From the NCBI GenBank assembly GCA_038087875.1, contig CM075993.1:2358001-2422000 (forward strand): a stretch of 64,000 nt of DNA, read 5' to 3'. Shown here piece by piece: positions 22,028 to 35,992 of the stretch. Each line of letters opens with the position of its first letter. Position 1 is the first letter of the stretch. A program made the position numbers and the translations under genes. The notes under the pieces are model-generated. The model searched no databases. It saw only the letters and a list, made by a program, of their open reading frames with translations, and had not been told where the DNA came from. This stretch comes from Malacoraja senta (Eukaryota).

Positions 22028-25000
22028 GGTGGGCCGTGAGGCATGTTTCCATGCTGTATCTCTAATTTAATCTAAACTAAGCTAAACCTACTCATGACTT
22101 TCAGAGGCTTTATCAGCATCACCATCTTGGTGGTCATCAATGATCCAAACCTCAATTGGCCTAATCACATCATACTCACTGGTGAAAAGAGGCCGGTATT
22201 ACTAATGAACCCCTGATACCCCAAAGTCTTTCTGAAATATACAACGTGCGTGTCAAGAGTGGACTAATCTCCAAAGATACACAAGATCCTTGAAAACGCA
22301 GCCTGCTTGACCTGCAACCTATTCAATACACTGTACATTGCCTCCCTCCAGCAATGACAAACTTTGGCTGCAGTGTGCTGTGTCTATGAAATACATTGCA
22401 GTAACTCTACTAAGCTACTTAAGCAGAGTCAAGACCCCCTACCACCAAGAAGGATGAAGGCTTCAGGTGGATGGGAACATTTCCACCCATATTTTTTTAT
22501 CATATTGCAAAACCTCCACTGGCAGGTGCCAGCAATGGCTGCCTCGTCAACAGTCTGTCTGTCCCTTCCTGCTTTGTGTTTTAACAGTATGTGTTAAATG
22601 TATGTTTTTTATCTTGATTTATGTGGGGGAAGGCAGGTTTGGGGGAAACTTTCTAATCTCTTACATCGACAGAGATGCGATTTTTTCCCGTATCGTATCC
22701 GCCCGCACTGCGGCCTAACATCGGAGTTGGCGGCCACACGCACACACACACACACACACACCCAACTGTCTATTTCTTCATCAAAGAACTAAGATCAATC
22801 TTAGAATCAATATCAGTTTTATGTCTGCAACATGATACTTACATTAGTTTCTCTTTTGACTGTCTCGCATACAATAGTAATACAGAAAACTAACCAAAGT
22901 TGAATCCGGAACACATCAGGACCATAAACTAAAGTCCTGTGAAAAGAAATATAATTGTTACCTGCCACCAATATCAAAGACAAGAGCAGACACTTGAATG
23001 TAATACTGTCTTATTTAATCACCCTCCTATATTATAGACTACTTCATGACAAGGTTAAGTATAGGTGATTAGATGGTTTTCACTATGCCATTATAACAGG
23101 GTTATATCAGTATTAAGTTTAGTTCTTGTTGACTATGTAAAATAATCTCTCCTTGAACTAATATCAGGTAGTGCTCCTCTGTCTGAGGATAGTCAGAGGT
23201 CACCTTTTTTATTCATAGACCTCTTTATATAGCTTATATAACTTGCCACAATCGGCAGCTTTCTTTGACTTTCTGGGATTACTTTGAAACTTATCTTGTT
23301 AATATACTGCATTCTTAACATCTCCCTCAACTTCTATTTTACATTTTCTTTGGCCTTTCTAAATTTTTCTTCCGAAGTATTTGTGATCAGCTATAATTGC
23401 AAAATCCCAAAATGTTGTTCTGCTTCGAAAAATCTTTATCCTTTATTGTTCATAAATCCATCCATCCGTCTGGGTTAAACACATTAAATATTTAAAGAAA
23501 GAGATATATAAAGAGATACAGTAAGTAAGTAAGTAAGTTTATTGGCCAAGTATTCACATACAAGGAATTTGCCTTGGTGCTCCGCCCACAAGTAACAACA
23601 TGACATACAGTGACAGTTACGAATGACTCAGAAAACACTAAACATTAATAATAATAAGACATTAATGATAAAACACCATTGATCAAGCATGTGAACCAAC
23701 AAAATACCAGATCAAAGGGAGACTACTGATTTTTGGCTGTTCAGTAGAGCAACTACTCGTGGATAAAAGCTGTTTTTACAGCATGTAAGCAATGGCGTTT
23801 CCATTATCATTGTGTCTTTTTTGCATATCTTTCATTCATTGTTCTTTATCTCTCTACATCATCGTCTATATCTCTCCTTTCCTTTATCCCTAATCAGTCT
23901 GAGTCTTGACCTGAAATGTCACCCATTCCTTCTCTCCAGAGATGCTGCCTGACCCGCTGATTTACTCCAGCTTTTTGTGTCTATCTTCGATGTAAACAGA
24001 CCCTTTGGCCCAATGAGTCCATACTATCAACCACTCATTTGCAATAATCCCACTAATCTAATCTAACTTTATTCTCTTTTTTAAAAAAGGCACAAATTCC
24101 TGGAGTATCTCAGCAGGTCAAGCAGCATCTCTGGAGAACATGGGTAGGTGATTTTTCCAGTTAAGAACATTTCTTCAGACATACTATAATAAAAATAAGA
24201 CATAGGAGCAGAATTAGGCCATTCGGCCCATCGTCTACTCTGCCATTCATGGCTGATTTTTCCCTCTCTACAATATGATCTCCATATTGCTATCCATTCC
24301 CCCCAGATTCTACCACTCCCTACGCACTAGGGGCATTTACAGCAGCCAATTAACCTGCCATTCCACACATCTCTGTGATGTGGGGGAAACCAGAACACCC
24401 GGAGGAAACCCACGCGGTCACAGGGAGAACATGCAAATTCCGCACCTGAGGTCAGGATTAAACCTGGGTCCCTGGCCATAGGAGGCAGCAGCTCTACCAG
24501 CTGCACCACTGTGCTGCCAAGAACTATGTTGTACGACTGCAAAGGTAATTTCACTTGAGGTAATAAAGCAAATCAAAGAACAATTTGGTTAATAATGGTC
24601 TCCCTCAGGTATTTTGCAACTACACAACGATGTTAAGAATTGTTAAGAGAGCCGAAAATAGTAAACATGATAATAAAATTAGTAAAATACCAAAGTAACA
24701 AGGAAAATAATGTTTACAAAAAAAATTGTTTAAGTTTTCAATCTGTGAAAAAAGAGATGTATATATTTTTTTAAATACCAAGTATTTCATTCTGTGAAAC
24801 ACCAAATGTTATCATGCTTGTAAAATATTATACTGACATTTTTTCTCCACAGATTGTTGAATTTGTAATTAAAAAATGTTATTGTAACATGCAAAAATCT
24901 GATACGATTATTGGTATAATTATTGAGTGAATGTTCCATGTTTCAATTTAATTAAAGGGTGTCACAGAGTCACACAGCACGGAAATATGTCCTTCGGCTC

Positions 25001-27939
25001 ATCAAGTCTACACCAACCATACAGCTCCCTTCTGCACTATTCCTACGCTATAATCTCTTTTTATTCTCCCCACATTCCCATCAACGTCGCAGTTTATTTC
25101 ACTCATCTACACACCAGGGGAAGTTTACAGTGGCCAATTAACCTCGAAAGCTCTCGACCCGAAACGTCACCTACTCCTTTTCTCCAGAGATGCTGTCTGA
25201 CCTGCTGAGTTACTCCAGCTTTTTGTGTCCAACATACATGGCTTTGGGATGTAGGAGGAAACCAGAGCACCCAAGGAGATTGATGCGTTCACAGGGAAAA
25301 CATACAAACTCCATGCCGACAACATCGGAGGCCAGGATTGAACCCTGGCCACCGAAGCTGTGGGGCAGCGAGCTCCACTGGCTGCACCATTGCGCCTTAT
25401 TTGAAGCAACCTTCACCAAACAACCTGGCACTGACATGATCGCAATCCATCTCACCTTTCAGTGTGCTAGGAAACATCACCCCATCTCTGGACAAGGGAC
25501 AGGTATTTATCAAATTGACAAAAGAGTCGTAAAGTCAGGTACTGGCTCGAAAAGAAGCAATACCAGTGACTAAAGCTGACTCTCTCCTAGGGAATTAAGG
25601 ACAACAAGCTAATTGTAATGCCACAAAGATACTCCTGTCCTCTGATAAAATATGGACTGTTGTTGTTTTAAGAAAAAGGCATTCCGATGATCGTTAATGC
25701 ATACAAACTGGCCTGATGCAGCGCCAACTGACCTGTTTCTGTACTCTTCCGTATAGAACTTTCCCGATATATATTAAGTTCAAGTGACTATTTTTTTTGT
25801 CCACTATTTTACAGTAGGTGCAGGTGGACACAAAATACTGGAGTAACTCAGCTGGTCAGGCAGCATCTCTGCAGAAAAGGAATAGATGACGTTTCGGGTT
25901 GAGACCCTTCTTCAGACTGAATAAGGTCTTGACCCAAAACGTCACCTATTCCTTTTCTCCAGAGATGCCGCCTGACCCGCTGAGTTACTCCAGTATTTTG
26001 TGTCTATCTTTGGTGGAAACCAGCGTCTTCAGTTCCTTCCTACACATTACAGTAGTTGCATCTGTTTATTTTAAATTAGACAGTGAAAGAATGTACATTC
26101 TCTTTCAATATTACTGATAGTAATTTCTCCGCTACAACATTGCTGTAGTGCATAAAAATAATGAAGTGATTTCTAACTCCGGACTCTGTAACACAAAAAA
26201 AATCCTGGCTGAAAATGAAGTATTACAAAAATTTAATGACTTGAAAAATATTATTGATGTTGCTTGGCTGATCAATTAATAAATATCTCTGAATCACTGT
26301 CAGATCTTTGGAGGAAATGGATGCTTAATAAATTCTGTTGAGGTATCCGTACATTATATCGTGTGCATGGATATGATGAATTGCAAAGAGTCCCCCATGA
26401 GTAATACAGTAAATCTGGATGTTATTGCAGTAAACCCGTATGGGCAATATAATAATTACAGTGAGTGATGACAGTATTTCTTTGTAGGAGGAAAATCGAG
26501 CCAACCGTGATTGTTGCTCTTTCTCTGGGGGTCAGACATGACGGGTGGGACATCACAGCAAATCTCAATATCCCAACCAGCAATGAATTTGCAGTGAATA
26601 TATGTTTGGTGATAATGGCCGGGAATGTTGCGTTGTGTAGGAAGCCCACAACTAACATTGGCCTGTTGCCTTTAGTATCATCATCACTTTTTCACATATC
26701 TTTCTTTCATTTGTTCTGTATCTCTCGACAACACCGTCTATATCTCTCGTTTCCCTTTCCCCTGACTCCCGGTCTGAAGAAGGGTCTCGACCCGAAACAT
26801 CACCTGTTCCTTTTCTACAGAGATCCTGCCAGACCGGCTGAGTTACTCCCTTAGCCAATCTTTCTTCTCTATTCTCTACTCTTGTGTTAGGCAAAAGATT
26901 CAAAAGCTCGAAAGCATGTACTGCACATAAAGGCAGCACAGTGGCAGGGTGGTAGAGCTACTGCCTCACCAGAGACTCGGGTTCGATCCTGACTATGGGT
27001 GCTGTCTGTGCAGAGTTTGTATATTCTTCCTGTGAGCTATCTCTAAACTAAACCAGATTCAGGAACACCCTCTTCCCTACTTTTATCGGCCTCTTGAAGT
27101 GATCTCTCATAATCTGAGGAAGAATTCCTGATCTCCCAATCTACCTCCTTGGCACCCTTGCACTTTATTTATCTGCACTTTCTCTGTAGCAGTAACACAA
27201 TATTCTGCACTCTGTTTCTTATCTCTTTGGCACAATGCACATACTGTATGCTCTGCTTGAATAGCATGCAAATATTTTTTTTCACTGTATCTTGGTACAC
27301 CAATATTATACCAATATCCTCTCAAATATGTAGACTCTTCTTAGAGGTCTAAGGTCTCTCTTTAATGGGGTTGGATTTTTAACGATTTTGTCATTCTGGA
27401 GTTTTGCATTCAAAAGCTGGATCAACAATTTTTTTATTTATTCGGAATAGATAGCTAATTGAAGTGTGAAACAGTGTTATTATCATTCTGTCATGCTTGG
27501 CTGATTCTCCATTGTTTCTGCCACCTAATTTGTGTTTTATAAAATGAGCCACAGCAAAATGACACCTATTCACCATAATGACTGGGGCCATGAAAATCTG
27601 TAAGGACAACATCTATAAAGATATGGGCGGCATGGTGGCATAACAGTAGAGTTGCTGCCTTCATTCATAAGGTCATACGGAATAGGAGTAGAATTAGGCT
27701 ATTCGGCCCATCAACTCTACTCCGTCATTCATGGCTGATCTATCACTCCCTCCTAACCCCATTCTCCTGCCTTCTCCCCATAACCTCTGACACCCATACT
27801 AATCAAGAAATTATCTATCTCTGCCTTAAAAATATCCACTGACTTGGCGACCCCAGCCTTCTGTGGCAAAAGAGAAAATAGGAAATCAGTGTCTGAAGAC
27901 GTCACCTATTCCTTTTCTCCAAAGATGCTGTCTGACCTC

Positions 27940-28385
27940 GACGAGACCAAGCGCAGGCTCGGCGATCGTTTCACTGAACACCTCCGCTCAGTCCGTCCTA
28001 ACCTACCTGATCTCCCGGTGGCTCAGCACTTCAGAAAAACCATTGTCAGAGTGAGGCCCAGTGCAAATTGGAGGAACAGCACCTCATATTTGGCTTGGGT
28101 AGTTTACACCCCAGCAGTATGAACATTGATTTCTCTAACTTTAGATAGCCCTTGCTTTCTCTCTCCATCCCCTTCCCCTTTTCTGTTCTCCCACTAGTCT
28201 TACTGTCTCCGCCTACATTCTATCTTTGTCCCGCCCCCTCCCCTGACATCAGTCTGAAGAAAGGTCTCGACCCGAAACGTCGCCCATTCCTTCTCTCCAG
28301 AGATGCTGCCTGACCCGCTGAGTTACTCCAGCATGCTGTGTCTACCTTCGATTTAAACCAGCATCTGCAGTTCTTTCTTACATGT
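27940..28385 (+). mobile_element. Penelope-like element 3' fragment (GIY-YIG remnant plus terminal repeat with hammerhead core)
   Basis: ETKRRLGDRFTEHLRSVRPNLPDLPVAQHF and KLEEQHLIFGLGSLHPSSMNIDFSNF match the PLE GIY-YIG C-terminus. CTGAAGAAAGGTCTCGACCCGAAACGTC follows at 28254-28281. Confidence 0.85.
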
Positions 28386-28787
28386 GCTGTCTGACCCGCT
28401 GAGTTACTCCAGCTATTTGTGTCTATCTTCGGTTTAAACCAGAATAACATTGCTGTTTAAAATAAATATTGTTTTATTTTGTTAAAATTACAATGATAAT
28501 TCATATTTATAGAGAGCTTTTATTGCACAAAGTATTCCTGACAATGGAGTAAATTTATTAATCGCTGAGAGTGAGCTAAAAATAAAACAAATCAGCTTAA
28601 AGGAAATTCCTAAGAGCTGCTGGCTGTTGAAGAGGCAAAGTAAATAGGATTATAAAATATTTCCCATTAATGCATATAAATGTAACAAAGAGCTGTAATT
28701 GTTGCACACTGTACAATAAAACACTTACTCCTTCATCAAACACTTACTCCGTCACATAGTAAAGGTAGACACAAAAAGCTGGAGTTA

Positions 28788-28982
28788 AGGGACTGTCCCA
28801 CTTACGCGACCACCATAGGAGACCTCTCGCGACCATACAGCCTGTGTGGTCGTGAGAGGTCTCCAAAGAGTTGTAGCGTCTCTTTCTGGTCGCCGCTGAA
28901 TTTTCGACATGTTGAACATTTCGGCGACCTATCACGGGTGCCAGCAGTCGCCTGTAAAGGTCGCGTAAGTGGGACAGGCCCT
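28788..28982. mobile_element. Internally deleted palindromic MITE (same family as 40730-41086)
   Basis: Termini AGGGACTGTCCCACTTACGCGACC / GGTCGCGTAAGTGGGACAGGCCCT. Inserted into the GGAGTAACTCAG site of a Penelope repeat. Confidence 0.8.
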
Positions 28983-29300
28983 TAACTCAGCGGGACAGGC
29001 AGCATCTCTGGAGAGAAGGAATGGGTGACGTTTCAGTCTTCCAGCATATAGTAAGTTTATAGTAAGAATATTGTAAGTTTTAAGGAACTACATTAAATTA
29101 CCAAAGCAGTTACCATAAGATCATGACCGAGGAACAGTATTAGGCCATTCAGCCCATCGAGTCTGCTCTGCCATCCTGGGTTTGGATGTGGTACGCAGAA
29201 AAGCTCTAGGTAGAGCATCAGTCAGCACTATGATGGTTGGTGGGTGTGCTAGTCGAGATGGTGATGCTTTTGGAGTGCATCTTTGTATATGTTGATGTTT

Positions 29301-30063
29301 TAGAAACATAGAAACATAGAATATAGGTGCAGGAGTAGGCCATTCGGCCCTTAGACCCTGCACCGCCATTTGATATGATCATGGCTGATCATCCAACTCA
29401 GTATCCCATCCCTGCCTTCTCTCCATAGCCCTTGATCCCTTTAGCCACAAGGGCCACATCTAACTCCCTCTTAAATATAGCCAATGAACTGGCCTCAACT
29501 ACCTTTTGTGGCAGAGAATTCCACAGATTCACCACTCTCTGTGTAAAAAATGATTTCCTCATCTCGGTCCTAAAGGTCTTCCCTCTTATCCTTAAACTGT
29601 GACCCCTAGTTCTGGACTTCCCCAACATCGGGAATAATCTTCCTGCATCTAGCCTGTCCAACCCCTTAAGAATTTTGTAAGTTTCTATAAGATCCCCCCT
29701 CAGTCTTCTGAATTCCAACATGTACAAGCCGAGTCTATCCAGTCTTTCCTCATATGAAAGTCCTGCCATCCCAGGAATCAGTCTGGTGAACCTTCTCTGT
29801 ACTCCCTCTATGGCAAGAATGTCTTTCCTCAGATTAGGAGACCAAAACTGTACGCAATACTCCAGGTGTGGTCTCACCAAGACCCTGTACAACTGCAGTA
29901 GAACCTCCCTGCTCTTATACTCAAATCCTTTTGCTATGAATGCTAACATACCATTTGCTTTCTTCACTGCCTGCTGCACCTGCATTCCTACTTTCAATGA
30001 CTGGTGTACCATGACACCCAGGTCTCGTTGCATCTCCCCTTTTCCTAATCGGCCACCATCCAG
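29301..30063 (-). mobile_element. Young CR1 LINE, 5'-truncated
   Basis: Uninterrupted 211-aa RT C-terminal ORF (29398-30033) and a (TTTCTATG)n tail. Nearly identical to 37412-38138. Confidence 0.92.
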
Positions 30064-31439
30064 AGTTTTGGAGATCTCTGATGCTGATTCGATCTCTGAT
30101 CTCTGATTCGATCACGGTTGAACTAATTTTCCCACTGAACCCCATTCTCCTGCCTTCTCCTCGTAACCTTTGACGCCCTCACTGTCATTAAAGTATGCAT
30201 TCAGTGAGATATCCAATATAGCTGGCGCAGGAAGGACACAGTGACGCGGCGCGGCGGTAGAGCTGCTGCCTTACAACGCTAGATACCCGGGTTCGATCCT
30301 GACTACGGGTGCTGTCTGTACGTAGTCTGTACGTTCTCCCTGTGGGTTCTCTCTAGGGTTCTCTGGTTTCCTCCCACACTCCAAAGACGTCCAGGTTTGT
30401 AGGTTAATTGGCTTCTGCAAATTGTCCCCACTGTGCAGCATAGAACTAGTGTCTGGGTGACCTGGGTGTCCACGCTGTTAAGCCGGAGAAAACACATGTG
30501 GTATCTCACGGGGAGAACGTGCAAACTCCGTATAGACAGACAGCACCCGCAGTCGGGATCGAACCCGGGTCTCTGGCGCTGCAAGCGCTGTAAAGCAGCA
30601 ACTCTATCGCTGTGCCACACAGTGCAAGCCTAAACAGGGATTATGCTTAGGTGTGGCAATACTTTGCTGAACTAGATACAAAAAAAGGTTTTCACAGTAC
30701 ATATGTACATGTGACAATAAGGAACCATTGACCATTGAGTAACATATTATGTGTTAGTCTAGAAATGCTGGGTAAATCATTGTCGCAGGGAAGAATTTTA
30801 TTTCTGTTGGTTTAATGATGACTTCACCGCTTGTGGATGTCGCTGTCAAGGACAGGATTTATTACCCATCACTTCGATGCTCCCTGAGCCAGGGACCAGA
30901 ACACAGTTCAGAACTAAACACATTGACAAGCTTGAAGACAGACACAAAATGCTGGAGCAACTCAGCGGGACAGGCAGCATCTTTGGAGAGAAGGAATGGG
31001 TGACGTTTCGGGTCGAGACCCTTCTTCAGACTGAAAAAGGGTCTCGGGCTTTGTCTCAAGTTATTCAAAAAATAACTTGTTTTGTCCCTTTCCTGTTGAA
31101 AGGTTCTCTCTCCCCAGATACCACCCGATCTGCTGAGTATTTCCAGCATTATTGCTTATTTTTTAAAATTTCATTAATCCGCTATTCCTGATTTAAGGGT
31201 ATAATATGGCCTGCGTTATCGGAATCTGAAGCAAATTATTTGGAGAGCATCGGTTGAAATGCCATTTAAGATTGAAGAAGGCTTCCTCATTTTTTTAAAA
31301 GTATTTGAGATATATTTATATGGGGAGGAGGCAGGCACGGGTTATTGATTGGGGATGATCAGCCATGATCACAATGAATGGCGGTGCTGGCTCGAAGGGC
31401 CGAATGGCCTCCTGCACATATTTTCTATGTTTGTATGTC

Positions 31440-32364
31440 TATGACATGGAGAACGCGGCGTGACCACAGTTCGGATCCTCAGCTGGCATCCCCTCCTCCC
31501 CTCCCCTCTGTTTACAATTGCACTCAATCAAATGTCAAACGAAGACAAATAAACAATACCTGGGCAGCCACGATTTCAGCACAGGCAGTGGAGAGGAGAG
31601 GTGGAGCAAAATCCCGGGGAAGTGGCTGAAGGAAAACAATATCTTCGCGGCTCACAGTTGCGCTTCAAGTTAGCAACAGTTGTGCACTTTGGCAGATGGA
31701 CCTGTTAAAGGGAACTGTTCTACCAGCCCCGGAATTGCGTGGCTCGGATGGAAGGATGGCTTCTCGGGTTAACACCTAATCGGGAGGGTGTCACCTATAG
31801 CAACCCAAAGGATCGGGTTTCTCTTCACATTGGCGAAGGATACGGAGCGCTCTTCTCCATTGTAATAAGAATTCTCCTCTTTATTTCCCGTGCGATCTAA
31901 TCTTGCGGACCAGTGATGCGCAGACGTGCAAAAAGACAACTGCTAGCCTGCTTTGTGTCTGCCGTGTGACCAAGAGGGTAAACGACGGCTAGTTCCATTT
32001 CCCCGTGCTTTAAAAAAAAAAAAAAAATTGTTAAAAAAACAAAAAAACAAATTTCATTCTTGTTTCTTCTTCGGGGAACCCGCCAGCTTTCGGATCGAGG
32101 ACGGGGGTAGATCATTCTTCGGCTTCTTAAAGAAAGTTTAAAAGAGCAGATACTGTGATAAAGGGGGAGGGAGGGAGGGAGGGAGGTGGGGGGGGGGGGT
32201 TGTTAGCGGTGGGGGCGATGTTTGACTTCGCTCTCTCTGTTCATCACGGCGACTGTTGTTTGAGATGATCCGATCTCTCCGGAGATGCCAGTGAGGCGGT
32301 GGCCGCAGTCACAAGCGGCATGTTGGAGGAGAATGGGAGGTTTGGTGGAGCGGGTGGAGGCGAG
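31440..32364 (+). promoter_or_regulatory. HCN4 CpG-rich promoter and 5' UTR region
   Basis: Repeat-free, CpG-rich unique DNA directly upstream of the HCN4 ATG, with an A-tract (32012-32049) and G-tracts (32163-32215). TSS cannot be determined from sequence. Confidence 0.55.
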
Positions 32365-33035
32365 ATGGAAAGGTTGCCCTCCGCCATGCGGAAAAGACTG
32401 TACAGCCTCCCTCAACACATAGGGACCAAAGACGGCTTGATGGAGTGCGACGGAGACAGGGAGCCCGGCAGAAGGAGCATCAAGATGAAGCATCTGCCCT
32501 CGCCCACGGTGGGAGGCGCGAGGTGGGCTGGAGACGCCAAGGTTGGAGAAGGCAAGACGATGGAGACCGACCTGATCAAGACCAGTTCCAACGGGGACTG
32601 CCGCCGCTTTCGAGGCAGCCTCTCCTCCATCGCCAGCAGGCACCTCCACGAAGCCGACGTGGCGGAGGGCAAGCGCCTGATCGGAGAGGGGGAGTCCACT
32701 CCGAGCGAGGGCACCAACCCGGGCAGCGAGGACGGCTCCAGCTCCGGGACTGCCTCGGAGGAGAGTGGACGGTCTGGGGCCAAGCTGCAGGCGGCAGCAG
32801 TGCAAGAAGCGAGGTCGGCGCTCTTCAAAGCGGACGGCGCCGACCAGATCTTCCTAGAAGACGACTTGAGAGCGAGTCAAAGCGGCTTCATGCAGAGACA
32901 ATTCGGAGCCATGTTGCAGCCGGGAGTTAACAAGTTTTCTCTGAGAATGTTTGGCAGCCAGAAGGCGGTGGAAAGGGAGCAAGAGCGGGTCAAATCGGCT
33001 GGATTTTGGATTGTTCACCCTTACAGCGACTTCAG
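32365..33035 (+). CDS. HCN4: HCN4 hyperpolarization-activated cyclic nucleotide-gated channel, coding exon 1 (phase 2)
   Basis: [17 protein letters not shown] and [15 protein letters not shown] are HCN4-type N-terminal motifs. [48 protein letters not shown] is the HCN domain. Donor AG|GTAAG at 33035/33036, Kozak GAGATGG, adjacent to REC114. Confidence 0.95.
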
Positions 33036-33300
33036 GTAAGATTACTCCTTATTATTTGTCCTGCTGAGAGTTACTCCAGCATTTTAGGATTATCCCTTCA
33101 CTCTATTTAATCACTGCACTGTCACTTCTAATCACTTCTAAATTATTTCTCCAATTGTCCATCCTCCAACCCAATGCACACGCGAAAAATCTGTGGGGGG
33201 CTGGGATGAAGTTTGAAGAAAACGGGTTGCAATATTAGAAATCAGTGTCTGGAAACGCAGGGGTATAAGTTCCAAAGTTTCATCGGTTAACATAGGATCA

Positions 33301-33928
33301 ATAATAATAATAATAATACATTTTATTTTATATAGCGCTTTTCAAGGACTCAAAGTCGCTTTACATGGAGAGTCAAGAACAAAACAAAATAGAGCAGTAA
33401 GACAGAGATGCAAAGGGGAGGGGGACATGGGACTAAGGGTATGCAGAGGTGAAGAGATGGGTCTTGAGGCGGGACTGGAGGATGGTGAGGGACTCAGAAT
33501 TTCGAATCAATTGTGGGAGGGAGTTCCAGAGCCCGGGAGCTGCCCTGGAGAAGGCTCTGTTTCCAAAAGTGCAGAGGTTGGATTTCGGAATGGAGAGGAG
33601 ACCGGCTGATGTGGATCTGAGGGACCGTGAGGGTTGGTAGGGGGAGAGGAGGTCAGTAAGATAAGGGGGGGGGGGCAAGTGGTTGAGGGCTTTGTAGGTG
33701 AGGACCAGGATTTTGTAGATTATCCGGTGGGAAATGGGAAGCCAGTGAAGTTCTTTGAGAACTGGGGCGATGTGGTGCCAGGATTTGGTGTGCGTGATGA
33801 GTCGGGCGGCTGCATTCTGGACCAGTTGGAGTCGGTTGATGTTGCTGGAATTAATGCCAATGAGAAGAGAGTTACAGTAGTCCAGTCGGGAGGAGATGAA
33901 GGCATGGATGAGTCTTTCAGCAACTTGC
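33301..33928 (-). mobile_element. L2-clade LINE 3' end
   Basis: AERLIHAFISSRLDYCNSLL...LQLVQNAAARL...LHWLP...RAFSRAAPGLWNSLP. Tail GAAAAGCGCTATATAAATAAAATG(TAT)n. Further L2 tails at ~60620-61110. Confidence 0.9.
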
Positions 33929-35617
33929 CACAACGTGTTGAAATGTCCCCTTACGAGAAACCCTGAACTGGGTGTTATTGGGACCCGCAGAGACTGGGAT
34001 TTTGAGCAAAACACAAAGTGCCGGAGGAACTCGGCGATTCTGGCAGCGCCCGTGGTGGGAAATGGAGAGATGATGCTTGGGGTCGGGACCCTTCTCCAGA
34101 CTCACTTCAGAGTAAAAAGCTGGAAAAGAGAGGTCGTCGTCCCCCGTACACCATCAGTCTGAAGAAGGGTCCCTTCCATTTCCCTCCCCAGATGCTACCT
34201 GACCCGCTGAGTTCCACCAGCGCTTTGCGTTTTGCTTTGATATCAACGCAAAAATCGGCATGTAAAAAAATATTTCGACTGACGTCTCCCCTTGAATTTA
34301 TACGCATTATACGAATTATATGGTTAGGTAATCAACCTGGAGAAATATACACGGTGTTCTTGCCACCAGATCTCAATTTTAATCGTGTCGGCGAATCACA
34401 ATAGTTTTATTTTGTGTACAGGGTAAAATGATGCTTGTACTTTTAAAGTGTGTTCTAGAGTACATCGCCGGAATATTTGGAGCTGTTTTCAATTTCCCTT
34501 TTTCGCACACAGTTTTCGAACCTTGTACAGGTGGGGTCTCGATGCAAAGTAGGGGCTTAATACAATTTGCTGTCTTCCTGAATGCGTTTTCTGTTCGCTA
34601 ACTCGAGTGAACGAGAAGGGAAGGCTGTGGGGAGGGGGAGGTGAGAGGAAAAGGCGAAGTCCCAAGAGATGCTGGAATCTTGAGCCAAAACACTGGAGAA
34701 ATTCAGCGGGTCAGGTAGCATCTGTGGAGGAAATGGACCTATGATGTTTCTAGTTGGGTTTTTTAAACACACCGCCTAGAACAGTCCCTGTGGTCTGGTG
34801 GTCTCATAGTGTCAAGACTCTTAGTGTCATAAGTCGAGAGTGTTTTATTGTCATATGTCCCGAAACGGAACAATGAAATTCATACGAAGATAGACACAAT
34901 AAAAGCTGGAGTATCTCAGCGGGCCAGGGAGCATCTCTGGAGAGAAGGAACAGGTGATTTTTCGGGCCCGAAACGTCACCCATTCCTTCTCTCCAGAGAT
35001 GCTGCCTGACCCGCTGAGTTACTCCAGCTTTTCGTGTCTCATCTTCGGTTTAAACCAGCATCTGCCGTTCCTTCTTTCTCAATAGCCTCAATAGTTGCTG
35101 GGAAGAAACTGTGAGTTTGAACAGGCTTAAGTTCAGCAATCAAGCGTTCACAACTGATCACACTTTTCTCCACTGAAGAAGGGTCTCGACCCGAAACCTC
35201 ACCCATTTCCTTCGCTCCATAGATGCTGCCTCATCCGCTGAGTTTCTCCAGCATTTTTGTCTACCTACACTTTCTCCAAATGCGCAATTAAAGACAAAAT
35301 GGGGGGGGGGGGGGTGGGGGTGGAAGGGAGAGAAGGGTGGAGAAAAGAGGGGGGGGGGGGGGCGACAACTAGAAGCCAGAGAAACACGGCTGAGATGCTC
35401 GGCGGCGCATTACATGAACATTAACGTATGTTGACCGTTCGGTTGTTATCCTTGGTTCTGAAAACTCTCACTGGTAGTTGCGGCTACAGAGTACAATTAA
35501 TATCTGCTATTTGAACAGAGCCCATTTAATCTTCCACGCAGTTCAATAAGAAACGTTCCTCGCAGAACAGGGGGTCGGAAAGTTGCTCTCCATACTTGGG
35601 CATCTACTTGACGAAGG

Positions 35618-35992
35618 GAGACAAAAGTGCTGGAGAAACTCAGCGGGTGCAGCAGCATCTGTGGAGCGAAGGAAATAGGCGACGTTTCGGGCCGAAACCC
35701 TTCTTCTAGGGAGCGAAGGAAATAGGCGACGTTTCGGGCCGAAACCCTTCTTCTATGGAGCGAAGGAAATAGGAAAACGTTTCGTCCCGAAACGTTGCCT
35801 ATTTCCTTCGCTCCATAGATGCTGCTGCACCCGCTGAGTTTCTCCAGCACTTTTGTCTACCTTCGATTTTCCAGCATCTGCAGTTCCTTCTTAAATACTT
35901 GAAGAAGGGGTTCGTCCCGAAACGTTGCCTATTTCCTTCGCTCCATAGATGCCGCCTCACCCGCTGAGTTTGTCCAGCACTTTTCTCTACTC
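35618..35992. mobile_element. Penelope-derived fold-back/tandem repeat cluster
   Basis: Inverted and tandem copies of GAAGAAGGGTTTCGGCCCGAAACGTTGCCTATTTCCTTCGCTCCATAGATGCTGC. Confidence 0.75.

Larger units (their letters stand above)
21607..22085 (+). mobile_element. V-SINE (HE1-like) carrying a nested ribozyme element
   Basis: A/B-box head GGCGGCATGGTGGTGCAGCAGTAGAG...GGTTCATTCC, V-domain and a (CTAAA)n tail. Interrupted at 21876-22027. Confidence 0.85.

Noticed and set aside
31575..31595. RE1/NRSE-like TTCAGCACAGGCAGTGGAGAG upstream of HCN4
   Set aside because: Both half-sites are imperfect and the spacing is non-canonical, so it cannot be supported without conservation data.
32203..32930. 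Long antisense and alternate-frame ORFs over HCN4 exon 1
   Set aside because: Expected shadows of a GC-rich coding exon, with no recognisable protein features.
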